DNA of 64,000 nt from Sphaerodactylus townsendi (lineage: Eukaryota): positions 53,382,001 to 53,446,000 of the forward strand of contig NC_059429.1 of the NCBI RefSeq assembly GCF_021028975.2, in the 5' to 3' direction. A program made the translations under genes and the position numbers. Below, in pieces: positions 1-11,260 of this stretch. How positions within the stretch are numbered: the first letter of the stretch is position 1; each line of letters opens with the position of its first letter. Below the pieces are notes generated by a model that saw only the letters and a program-made list of their open reading frames with translations, did not search any database and was not told the origin of the DNA.

Positions 1-2283
1 TATGAAGCTGAAAGGGGAAAATCAAAGAGTCAGAAAACTGTCCAGGATGCTTGGAGGTTATTTAAAACACAGTAATAAAGCTCAGCTGGAATGTGTTCCC
101 ACAGGTTAGAAAAGGCAGCACCAGTCCAAAGAAAGCCACCATGGTTAACAAGAGAAGGTTGAGAGAAATTATCAGAAAAAGAAAATGTCTTTTAGAAAAT
201 GGAAGTCAGTTTGACTGATAGAAAGAATATGAGAGGGAACACAAATGAGTAGCAAAAGAAACAGAAGTTAGCAGCTGTAAGGGGAGGCAAAAAAAGGATT
301 ATGAGGGAGCCTTGTGGCTGCAGTGAACATCAAGACCAGCAACAAACAGGTTTCTTCAAGTACATCAAAAAAACAGGGAAACCAGCAAGGAAAGCGGTAG
401 ACCAGTTAGATGACAAAAGGAACAAAGGGTGTGCTAAAAGATGGCAGGGGAGATTGCAGAGAAGCTTCAAGATGAATTTACTTTGCATCTGTGCTTCTAG
501 GAGGAGGTGAGGGAACATTCTGCACCTGAGACGAGAAAGCTTCTTGGGAGAGAATCAGAGAACTAGAATAGTGGTGAACAGAGTTCCTGGCAATGCATTG
601 ATAAAACTAAATGTTACCAAATCCTATTTGAATTGCATTCCTTACAGGGGTTCTTAAAGAGCTCAAGCATGAAATTGCTGATCTTCTCTTTAATATGCAA
701 CTTATCCCCTGAAATCAGGCTACATCCCATAAGACTGGGAAGATGGCCAATGTCACACAATCTTTAAGAGAAAGGATCTAGGGGGGACCAAGGGAGAAAT
801 ACAGACCAGTCAGTTTGACATCTGTTCCTGGTAAATTAAAGTAGAATCTATAATTAAAGATAAAATTATTAAACATGTAGAAAACAAGACCTGCTGAGAA
901 AGAGTCAATAGCTTTTGCGAGAACAAATCCTGTCTTACAAATACTAGAAGTTCTTTTTGAGGGGTGTAAACAGAGCATGGACGAGAAGGGGTGAACAGTC
1001 AGACATTGTCTACTTGGATTTCCAAAGGCTTTGACAAGAGTTCTCACCAGAGACTGTTGAGAAAACTCAGCAATGAAGGGAATAAGAGGGAAGTCCTCCT
1101 ATGGATTAAAAACTGGTTGAGAAACAGAACAAGAGTGGGTGTAAATGGGAAAGTTCTCACAATGGAGGTAATGGGGTAAGTGTCTAAGGATCAGGTTTTG
1201 AGACCAGGTACTCTTTAACCTATTTCATAAATGACCTAGGTAGAGGGGTGAATTGCTATGGTGGCCAAGTTTGCAGATGATTACAAATTATGTAGGGTGG
1301 TGAGAACCACAGGTTGCGAAAATCCAAAGGACCTTGATAGGAGGCTCAGAAATGGCAAAATGCACAGTTCAATGTAGCAAAATGTAAAGAGTGATGCACA
1401 TGGGGGCAAAATCCAAACTTCACATACATACAGTCAGTGCTATCAGTCTGAAGACCAGGAGGGATTTAAGAAGCGTCTTAGTTGAGTAGTTCCCATGGGA
1501 ATGTCCAACTCAATGCATGGCAGCTGTAAAAAGTGAAACTCTATACTTTAGGGATCATTAGAAAAAGGTGGGAATAAAACTGCAAGGTGGCTCGTACCCT
1601 TATATAAAGAAGCAGTGGTCGCGACCCCGCGCACCCAGGTACTGTGTCAGTTCACAGTGCATGCATCTCAAAAAGGATATTGAGGAGATAGAAAAAGAAG
1701 TGCAGAGAAGGGCAACAAGGGATTGAGGGACTGGAGCACAGGAGAGGCTGCAGCGTTTGGGACTGTTTAGTTTTGGAGGCTGACTGGTGGAGGGGGGATA
1801 TGATTGAAAATCTACAAGAGTATGCATGGGGTAGAAAATGTTTGACAGAGAGAATTTTTCTCTCTTCTCACAATGCCTACTAGAACCAAGGGCATACATT
1901 GAAAATGCACAGGGGGAAAAATTAGGACTAATAAAGGAAACACTTCTTCCGCAACGTGTGATTGGTGTTTGGAATATGCTACTGCAGGGGGGAGGTGGGT
2001 GATGGCCACCTGGATAGCTTTAAAGGGAGGCTTGGACAGGCCCATGGAGGAGAATGGAGTTATGGCTACCAATCTTGATCCCCTCTTTGATCTGAGATTT
2101 ACCAAAATGTCTTAACAGTGGGTGCTGGGAACAACAGCCATGAGAGAGGCCATTAGAAGGACACATCCTACATGTGAGCTCCCCAAGGCACCTGGTGGGC
2201 CACTGCGAGTAGCAGAGAGCTGGACTAAGATGGACTTTGGTCTGATCCAGCTGGCTTGTTCTTATGTTCTTATGTTCTTATCT
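1..2283 (+). mobile_element. CR1 LINE, ORF2 (RT) region and 3' UTR, extending past the window start; heavily frameshifted
   Basis: Recognisable CR1 ORF2 motifs (YRPVSLTSVPGK, KFADD-like tttgcagatgat at ~1270). 3' UTR is near-identical to the copy at 28803-29822; (TTCTTATG)n tail at ~2258-2283. Confidence 0.92.
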
Positions 2284-2319
2284 TAGTGCAACACTTGCCA
2301 CCAACCTGGTTCTGGGTCT

Positions 2320-2720
2320 GCGGCTTGGGAGTGGGAGAGGTTGGACAGATGTGGTTTGTAGTAGGAGGGAAAGTGAGGCTTGGGGGAGGATGAAAAAGAG
2401 TGGCTTGGGGTGGCAGGAGGGTTGAAAGTGAGGCTTGGGTGGCGGGAGAGATGGAAGGTGAAGCTTGGGGTGGGGAGGGTAGAGATGTGAGGCTTGGGTG
2501 GGGGAGTGAGAGTCAGAGAGGCTTGCGTGGGGGAGGGTTAAAAGGTGTGGCTTAGGGTGCAGGGAGGTTGGAAGTGAGGGTTGGAGAGGAAGAAAATGGA
2601 AAACCTAGAGGGTGGTGGAGAGTTACAAGATGTGACTTGGGGTGTAGGGAAGAGGTTAGACTGTGTGACTTGCAGGATGGGAGAAGATGAGTATTGAGAG
2701 GGGAAAGATGAGGCAGGGGT
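2320..2720 (+). repeat. Degenerate G-rich tandem array (core gtgaggcttggggtgg, ~30-bp period)
   Basis: About 8-10 recurrences of gaggcttgggg/gtggcttgggg/gtgacttgggg separated by purine-rich spacers. Confidence 0.6.
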
Positions 2721-3959
2721 GAGGGGAAGGAAGTGGAATGGATATGCAGGGCTGGGAGGCATGGGAACTTCTGTAGCCACTGCAGAACAGTGGTGCCAAG
2801 GTGCTCCTGGGGAGGGAAGGGAATGTTGCCCACCAATGGGGGAACAGAACTTTGTGAGTCCTGCTCCCCCACTGGTGAAGGGTTCATTGTTGCAACATTC
2901 CATCACCTTAGCCATTTATTGTTTAGGACTGTCCAGGACAGAGTCAAGATGCTGACAAATGGCACTCCAGATTTCTGCCTCAGCATAGTGTTAAAATCTG
3001 GTGGACTCTATAAACAATTTTAGTAAATATGCCACCAGGGTCGGATCTGTGTATTGTTTGTCATCACAGCTTGTTTTTGCCTCTCTTTTTAAGATGTTGC
3101 TGCTAAGTCCTTAACATGATAATATTACCATACATGTGCTATTTATTTTCCTTTGAGCTCAGTTACTGAACTGAAGTGTACTTTTTTCATTTGACATGTG
3201 TCATTTTTTTCCACAGCCTGTCCAATATTAATATTCTAGGTAATATAAGTGTGAATATCTGTATTTGGTCCTCATTCGAGTTTGGAAAGAGAAGGTATAC
3301 TGTCCCTGAGGGGGAGCTGTAGGAGAATTCTGAGGGGAAAGATGGTGTTCCAAGAAGAAATAGGAGACAGAAGCCATCTGGGTTCAAGGGGATTGTGATC
3401 TGACAAGGAGCCTCAAGCAAGCTGCTGCTTCTGGAGGTCTGCAGCAACACAAGTGACCTAATGAGCACCACTACCACTACAGAGAGCCAACTTTGCCAGG
3501 CAATGAATCTTTGCTTCTCAGTTATGCATGCTTTATAAAATATGAAAGTTTGGTTCAAAAGTTGTTCTTTGCAACACATCTAAGAACAGAGACTAAAAGG
3601 GAGACCATATTTCATGTTGCTGAGAAGTTTTTCAAAGACAAGTGAATTCTGCTTAGTAACATGCTCATACAACTGATGGAATGTGACTTGCTTGAAAAAA
3701 AGCAATATCTAACGTCCTTACAATTTACTGTGTCATTTATCACCAACATATGGTTTCTAAAATACCCTAAGTTATATCTTGCACAAGTAATTACTGCAAT
3801 GAATAAAATTAAAGCCTATGTTCTCAATGCCTGACTATTCCGATACCTCTGTGTGAACATTTTGAATGTTTGCAGCTTCCTACTGAACTTCACTGGTTAT
3901 TAAAAGGCAGCTTTGTGAGATGCTTTTACAACCTTTTTGACACTGCTGTGGAGGTTTTA

Positions 3960-4904
3960 TTTATTTATTATATAATGTTTATTGAACTTTAATAATATGT
4001 GTTACAAAAACACATTAANNNNNNNNNNNNNNNNNNNNNNNNNNNNNNNNNNNNNNNNNNNNNNNNNNNNNNNNNNNNNNNNNNNNNNNNNNNNNNNNNN
4101 NNNNNNNNNNNNNNNNNNNNNNNNNNNNNNNNNNNNNNNNNNNNNNNNNNNNNNNNTAATTAATGTTAGACCATAAGAAAAAGAGGTGAAGGAGAAGCAA
4201 AGATTTAAAATAGCAAGGAAGGAAGAGAGGAAAGAAAGGGAGAAAATAGAGGAGAGATGTAAAGGAAAGCCAAAGAAAGTCATAGAAGTTATGAAACCAA
4301 ACTTATATAGATGTTGTTAAAGAAAGATATAAAGTATAAGGATAGAGAAGAAAAGTGATATAAGGAGAGAGATGAAAGTGTGAGAAATAGAGAAAGATTT
4401 TAAAAAGAATATACACCGTAACAAGCCACTTTGCTTCCATACAAAAATCTAAACATGAGAAACATATATGTTAACATATATTATAGTTATGATTATAGTA
4501 GGACTTCCCCTCTTAAAGACAAGTTGGCATCAATAACCTAAGAGCAGACAAACTTTGATTTAAAATATATATATATATATATATATTGTTATCGAGTGTT
4601 GTTAATAGTTACAGTATTTCTACAATAAGCCAATTTGGATACAATAATGTTTGGCTATAAATTCCAGCCAAGGTTTCCATGTTATGGCATAAGATTTGAG
4701 TGAATATTTTTTGATAAAAAATGACAATTTATCAGCCATGAAAAATTCTTCTACTTTATGGATCTATTCCTCGATTCATGGAATTTTGGTAGATTTCTAG
4801 TATCTTGCCAGGAGCTCCTAGCCACCGCAGTGAAATAAAACACAAGTCTATTATTTCCGGGGACTGGAAGCTAGAAGACATTTTGGGCTGAACAGGTAAG
4901 TAAC
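3960..4904 (-). mobile_element. L1 LINE 3' fragment inserted in the hAT transposase (spans an N gap)
   Basis: Minus-strand ORF2 C-terminus ..KVEEFFMADKLSFFIKKYSLKSYAITWKPWLEFI, with AATAAA and an A-rich tail at ~3960-3985. Approx. 14-bp TSD ctgtggaggtttta (3946-3959) / ctgtgaagttttta (4905-4918). Confidence 0.75.
4019..4156. other. Assembly gap (138 N)
   Basis: Run of N. Confidence 0.99.
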
Positions 4905-6439
4905 CTGTGAAGTTTTTAAAGACACAGATGAACTCAAAGAGATCAGGCATGACTTTGCTTATTTATCAGAACTATTTAAGTTCAATGAAATGAACTGACA
5001 GTTGCAAGGAAATTTGGTCAGTCTTATTAAGTCCAAATCTGTTGTCTTTACATTTATTTCAGACTTCTCTATTCAGACACAATATAGGCCATTGTGAACC
5101 ATACCAATTTTTAAACCTGTCTGAACACGAAAAGAAAGATGATTTGCAAATTTTTTGTGACCATTTGAGGCTCAAACCGCAACTGTTGGGCAAGTGGGGA
5201 AGGCACTGCTTGAGCACCTATCCACCAGGTCCAAAGGGCTTTTCTGTGGAGCAGGAAGCCCAAAAAGGTTTTAAAATCCTACCTGAAACTCCTCCATTGG
5301 GGAAAATAGAAATATTCTGCAAAATAGAGATATTCTGCAAAAATGATAGTGTATCTCTGGTGGCAGCCCCACTGGCATCTGGGGGCCAAGAGGGCTCTGG
5401 AGGCTGACTATGGTCAACTTTACCCCTGGAGGCTGACTATGGTCAACCTTACCCCTGGGCAGCACACACGTGCTGGTATGGAGCTGGGTGTTGCAGCCAG
5501 CTGTTCCAGGGCCCCACTGAGGCCAGGTGCTTTGAATTGGATAGAGTGTCCTAGAGAGGGCAAATCTACTGGCATAAGCCTGCACCACCTCCAAAGTGGG
5601 ATCTGCCCTCCCCCCAGATTGCGCTGTTGGATATGCTACATGAAAACACATCTGAGCAATTTGAGGATTTTCTTTCAATGGAAATTCCAGATTGGATAAT
5701 AAATTTATTTTTAGATATTGAGGAAATTGGGGTACTGGTGGAGGAACACACTGAACTATAAAATAACACTGAGCTGAAGCCAAAGTTTAAGAAACCACAC
5801 AAAGAATGTGGGTTAAGGACCAACATTTCTGATTGTTTTCTTGCACTATGGCCCAGCAGTGTTTTTTAATTACATACAGTTTTAGTGTGCATTGTGCATA
5901 CAGTTTAGATATTAGCCATCACATTAGAAATCAACTCCTGATTGTTGGATGTTAGGATGATTTAAAGGCTTCCACTTTGGGTAGATGTAAAACAAAATTG
6001 AAACTTTACATCAATCTCATTCATCACATTAAGGATTTACTGAACTATGAAGTTGTTACTAAATATAGCATCTAATATTATTGCTAAATGACTATCATAC
6101 TTTGAAAACCTGGAATCACTACACTGTATTCATCAATTTTATTGAATAAATTGAACTTTATTGAATAAATTGAACTTAAACGTTGTAATTTGATTTTGAA
6201 TAAATGTGCAATAAATTGTTACTGCTTTGAATTTTACTGTTATTATCTTCCTTAGTGGGTCATGCAAACCATGATTCAGAAGAATACTTTTTATAGTGTA
6301 GGGTATGACACACTGAGGATGAGTTCATGGAACCAATGGTGTAGCCCAAAGAAGTTTGGGAACCACTGACAGAGAGAGTATCATATAACTGCTATGATGC
6401 CACAAGCTGAGATAACTCATGATTAGAACAATTTATCTT

Positions 6440-7150
6440 GTCTCAGTTGAGACATGGGGTAAGGTAGCTGAAGAGATTGCTCTTGAGCAGACTTTGTAGA
6501 AAATGATTAATGCTATTACAGCTGGTTGGCCTAAACATCATATACCGACACCATATAATCACTTTCAGGAAGAACTTTCTATTTTGGACAATATCTATTA
6601 CAAGGAGAAAGATTTGTGGTTTCCAAGAATAAGCAAAGGATATGTTAAAAAGACTGCATGAAAGTTATTTGGGTACTGAAAAATGCAAAAGGTGAGCAAA
6701 TTCTGGCTGCAAATTGATCATGACATAGAAACAGAAATTGTGTGCCAGAAATACAGCTCTTTTATCCTACTTTTTATCCTACTTTATGCCTACTTTTATC
6801 CATGCTGTTGTAGGCTTTTTTAACATTAGAATGGGTTGTTTTATTATAGAGTCAAAACAGCCAAATTGTATTAAAAAAAACCAACAACATGAATAAAGAA
6901 ATCAAACATGGAAATGGCATATGCTAGGAAGTAGTATGTCATAATTGTGGGCTATTTTTCTCATTATGCGGAGATTGCTTTATTTTCAGATACCACAGCT
7001 TCCCAGATCATTGGTAAAATCATATCTGTGTTTGCCAGCTATAGCACACTTGAGATTGTTTGAACAGATAATGGGCCGTCAATCTGTATGTCATTAGTTC
7101 AGGAACTTTGTATTTCCATTGAAGTATGGGAAATCTTCAATTGAATTGTT
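6440..7150 (+). mobile_element. Gypsy/Ty3 LTR retrotransposon pol remnant (integrase region)
   Basis: Broken translation AITAGWPKHH..FQEELSILD..GERFVV..MLKRLHESYLGTEKCK..IDHDIE..CQKY and IISVFASY..IV*TDNGP, typical of the integrase zinc-binding and core regions. Confidence 0.75.
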
Positions 7151-7776
7151 CAGAAGGGATATTTCAAGGCAGTTGTCCTGCTTACTAGAAACCAAAGATA
7201 CTACACATACAGAGATACTACACATACATAAATGGAAAGACAGATGAAAAATAAGCAAAAATATGAATACTACAAGGCATCAAAGGACTTACAACCATTG
7301 CAACCAGATAAATGAGTGCTTATTCATGATGATGCATAAGGAACAAAGGCAGCAACAGTTGTTAAAGAAGAAATTCCAAGGCCATACCTTGTACCAGTAC
7401 TGGATTGACAATAGTATAGGAGGAAGAGACCAAATATGCAACTAATCTCAAGACACAAGGAGGACTGTGGCATGGGGCCACTGCAACATGAGTAGAATGC
7501 AGGGACTCCACAAATAGAACAATGTGGCATTTTTTTAGAGCAAAAGCCAGAAAACGAGGACCAGAGTAAAAAAGTCCTAAGAAGAACTTAAAGGCATCAC
7601 AAAGGACCACAGAACCTGGTAGGTAGAGCCTGAGCACAGCTTTCCGCTCATGTTTTGTTGAAATTAGCTATGGTGATATAGGAACAGTTTGTTCTATTTA
7701 ATGAGAAGAAAGAGAGATAAATGAGGATATGGTTTCTTTAAGAGCTGGGAAGGAACAACCAGAGACTAGGGAGGGG

Positions 7777-7892
7777 TCTGATTGTCAGGCAGATTATCAG
7801 GCAGAAGAGCTTCAAGAAAGCATGCAGGCTTTCTTGACGCTCTGATTAACAGGCTGATTATTAGGCAGAAGAGCTTCAGGAAAGCATGCAGG
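7777..7892 (+). repeat. Two-copy direct repeat (~52-bp unit, 64-bp period), possibly inside the Gypsy 3' LTR
   Basis: tctgatt..caggc.gattat.aggcagaagagcttca.gaaagcatgcagg at 7777 and 7841, downstream of a purine tract at ~7703-7717. Confidence 0.6.
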
Positions 7893-8577
7893 AAAATTCT
7901 CTACAAATGGAGTACTCTGGTTAATAATGTTAATAAAAAATGTTAATTATAAAGATTACTGCATAATTTACCAGCCAGAGAACACCACAGCTGAACAATG
8001 TACTACAGATTTCTTATTACATATATAAATGTTAATTCAACTATATTTTGTAGGAACTTGCTTTACCCGAATAGAATTTAAAAGGTGTGTATTTGTATAT
8101 GTGTGTGTGTGTGGATATATATAGATATCACAGTCCTGCCAAAATTAAGCATATTTAAATTCCAATGATAATAGGACCATGTAAATGTATTCAAAGAACC
8201 ATGAATAGCATTGTGCTCACAAGCAGGACTTTCCTAACTCTCCCCTTTCCCAGCTACATCTCACAGCATCTCTCAAAATGCTTTCTATAGCCTCGGGGGA
8301 TTTCTAGGCACACTGATGGCCCCATCCAAAGGGGTGGGGGGATGAATCCACCTGTGGGAGTGGAGTGCATTTGCCCAGACAGATTTGCTGTCCCTGGGGT
8401 ACTTGCTTCAGCAGAGAGGTGATTCTCCTGGCATGCAGCTGCCATGGCCCTCCCTGTTGCTGGGATGTGGCACCGGAAACAGCTAAGCGTCCCAAGCACC
8501 CTGCCTGTAATGGGCTGGGCTGGGAGGAGCTGTGTGGTGCGGCTTCCCCATATCCTGGTGAAAACGGGACTTCAGAC

Positions 8578-9190
8578 TATTTTTTAAATTTTCTCACATA
8601 AAAAGACAAAAGAAAAACAAACAAAAAGAAAAAAACAAAAGCAAACATAACCCATTACACATCATAAGGTGACTTCTTTGACTACAGGTTAACTCTAACT
8701 TCAATACATACAATTAACATGTTGTTTCAGTAATTCTTCGTTAATCATCTTCTGGCAATCTACTGTTCTCTCTAAATTTCAAACCCTGGCACAACTTCTC
8801 TATTTGAACAGTACTTCAAAAAGTATTCTATAAAGGGTTTCCAGTTCTGTGAAAAATTGTCCAAACTGTTATCTCTTAATAATGCTTTCAGTTTTGCCAT
8901 TTCTGCATATTCTGTAACTTTCAGAATCCAGTCCTCGTTTGTTGGTACCTTACTGTCTCTACATTTTTGTGCAAATAAAGTCCTTGCTGCAGTTGTCACA
9001 TCCATAAACAGAGTTCTATATTGGATGTTGTGGGTTTTCCAGGTTGTATATTGCCCAGGAAAGTCATCACCCATTATTCCCAACAGAAAGGCCTCCGATT
9101 TTTTTCAAAATTGGTATTTTCAATTTTTTTGCAGTTCCTTGAGTATCATATCCAAAAAAGTCATAGCCTCTTTACAAAAGATGCTGTAAG
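8578..9190 (-). mobile_element. L1 LINE 3' fragment (ORF2 C-terminus)
   Basis: ORF 8772-9083: TTAARTLFAQK..KVPTNEDWILKVTEYAEMAKL..NWKPFIEYF, typical of the squamate L1 ORF2 end. Confidence 0.85.
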
Positions 9191-9582
9191 TCTATTAAGT
9201 CCAATAGGGACTTCTTGGGGACAGGGAGGCTTTTTTGCTTCCCCATGCTGCTGGGCAGCCCCTATGCCCAATTCCACATCTGTCCATCTATAGTGGTATG
9301 GGAAACTGGAAAAACTGCCTCCACCTTTTGCTATGAGAAGTAAATGCAAAATAACAACTGAATACAATCCTTTATATGTTGAAACACTCTGCCTACTGAA
9401 ACTAGACATGCTGAGAATAAAAGTGATTACCAAGTGAGCTTACTTTGTTCACATGGTTTCAATACCATAAGAAGCCTCAATGTCCCTAGTGAAGTTCTGC
9501 TGAGAATAGTCTTCTGTTCACCAACCCAGCGACTGCACAGTAACCACTTGATCACTGCAGATTACAGCTGCTTTTCCTCAGT

Positions 9583-10728
9583 TGTCCCAACCCCAGACTT
9601 GTCCAATAAATGAATCAGTACTTTGAAAGCAGAATTCTTATTTATTGACTGCAAGCATAGAAAAGCTGTTATATTGGCAGAACTGAGTACATTATAACAG
9701 GCAAAGCATTATTTTCTCCAGACTAAATATGTCAGGCCCACAACACTCCTCTTACCTTTCCTATGGCAGGAAAGTACAGTCACACACTCACATGTACACA
9801 CATCCTGCAGACAGCGAGAACTTGGGAAGAAGACCCCCAGTCCCAACTTCCCACTCTCCAGCTGCAGAAACCAGATACCATATATATTCGCGTATAAGCC
9901 GAGTTTTTCAGCCCTGTTTTAAGGCTGAAAAATACCCCCTCAGCTTGTACACGAGTCACTGCTTACCAGTCGGCTCATCAGGCCTCTGCCGAGGCTGGGG
10001 GCGTGGCCGGGACGACCTCCCTGCAGCTGCACAAGACGCTTGTTGCTGCCCTCCTCCCAGGGTGAAGGGGAACCCTGGCTGGCTGGGCTTCCTCAAACCC
10101 CAGGAGGCAGAGGGAGCTCCTTATTTCGGCAGTGACCCCCCCCCCCGCATGTCATTGCCCAAATAAGGAAATCCCTCCACCTCCCTGCTGGGTTTGAGGA
10201 AGCCCAGGTAGCTGGGGGGAGGTGGGGGTGAGGAGCTCGCTATTTGGGCAATATTTATCGAGAGAAGGTCACTGCAAATAAGGGGCTCCCTCCCACCTCC
10301 TGGTTGCCTGGGCTTCCTCAAACCCAGCAGGGAGGTGGAGGGAGTTCCTTATTTGGGCAGTGATTCCCCCTGATGTCATTGCCCTAATAAGGAGCTCCCT
10401 CCACCTCCTGGTTGCCTGGGCTTCCTCAAACCCAACCAGGAGGTGGAGGGAGCTCCTTATTTGGGCAATGACATCAGGGGGAGTCACTGCCCAAATAAGG
10501 AGCTCCCTCTGCCTCCCGGCTTTCCACCTTCGGCTTATACAGGAGTCAATACGTTTTCCCAGGTTTGGGTAGTAAAATTAGGTGCCTTGGCTTATACACG
10601 AGTCGGCTTATATACGAGTATGTACGGTAAGGGGAGACTGGTACAGGGAAGAATGAAAGGCAAACAATTCTCAAGGCTGCTTAAGCACTATGTAGGAAAA
10701 AAAATATGGCAGAACCCTGGCTAAGACA
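9583..10728 (-). mobile_element. Possible solo LTR interrupted by the mariner-type MITE
   Basis: Termini TGTC..GACA; minus-strand AATAAA near the 9583 end; TSD only 3/5 matching. Confidence 0.35.
9878..10627. mobile_element. Tc1/mariner-superfamily non-autonomous element (MITE) with internal hairpin array
   Basis: TIRs ccatatatattcgcgtataagccga / tcggcttatatacgagtatgtacgg, flanked by TA at 9876-9877 and 10628-10629. Confidence 0.85.
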
Positions 10729-11081
10729 TTAGAGGATAGAGCATCAAAGAATCCAAAGTCAGGTTCTCATAATATGAATTAGCTTTTACATATTTTATAC
10801 ATATGCACACATGAAAGGTGTTCATAACTTTATACATATGCATATCTTGAAGCTTGGTGAAGCCAGTTCTTTCACTCTGCCTCACTCACTCTCCACCATG
10901 TTCACTATCCACTGGACCAGGCAGAGCAGGAGAAAAGGAGACACCACTGAGATGATAAACATTTCTCTGCTGATCCTAAGATTTGGAGCAAGAAGCCCAT
11001 TTTGTTCTTACAATTACAATTACAGATTGCAGAGTTTTACAAACTAGTCAGTAACCACTTAGAACCCACACAACCTATACA

Positions 11082-11260
11082 TAGTGGCGTGGCGCCAAGG
11101 GGGCAGTGGGGGGCATGATGCACCAGGTGTGCACCAGTGCGAGGGGGTGGCCAGGATATGGAGGGGGTGGGGCAGGGGTGTTCTGGGGCAGGGCAGGGGC
11201 CTGACAGGGGTGCAGGACACATACATGCCCCGGGTGCAGTTACCCCTCGCTCTGGCCCTG
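11082..11260. mobile_element. Short hAT-type MITE
   Basis: GC-rich 179-bp unit starting tagtggcgtggcg and ending gctctggccctg; 8-bp TSD cctataca / cctctaca. Confidence 0.65.

Larger units (their letters stand above)
3485..6368 (+). mobile_element. Decayed hAT (Buster/Charlie, ZBED8/SCAND3-like) transposon, interrupted by later insertions
   Basis: Stop- and frameshift-broken translation: TLPGNESLLLSY..LFFATHLRTETKRETIF..TIYCVIYHQH..ELHWLLKG (3485-3950), HDFAYLSELF..QLQGN..NIGHCEPYQF..FCDHL (4905-5170), EDFLSMEIPDWIINLF..ELKPKFKK (5640-5850), terminal HQSHSSH* (~6030). 3' TIR aagtttgggaaccactg ends at 6368. Confidence 0.85.

Noticed and set aside
5300-5460. Short tandem duplications (18-bp and 29-bp units)
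   Set aside because: Ordinary slippage duplications inside a repeat insertion, with no evidence of function.
10083-10520. CRISPR-like array of palindromic repeats
   Set aside because: Eukaryotic context, no unique spacers, no cas genes; it lies inside a TA-flanked MITE.
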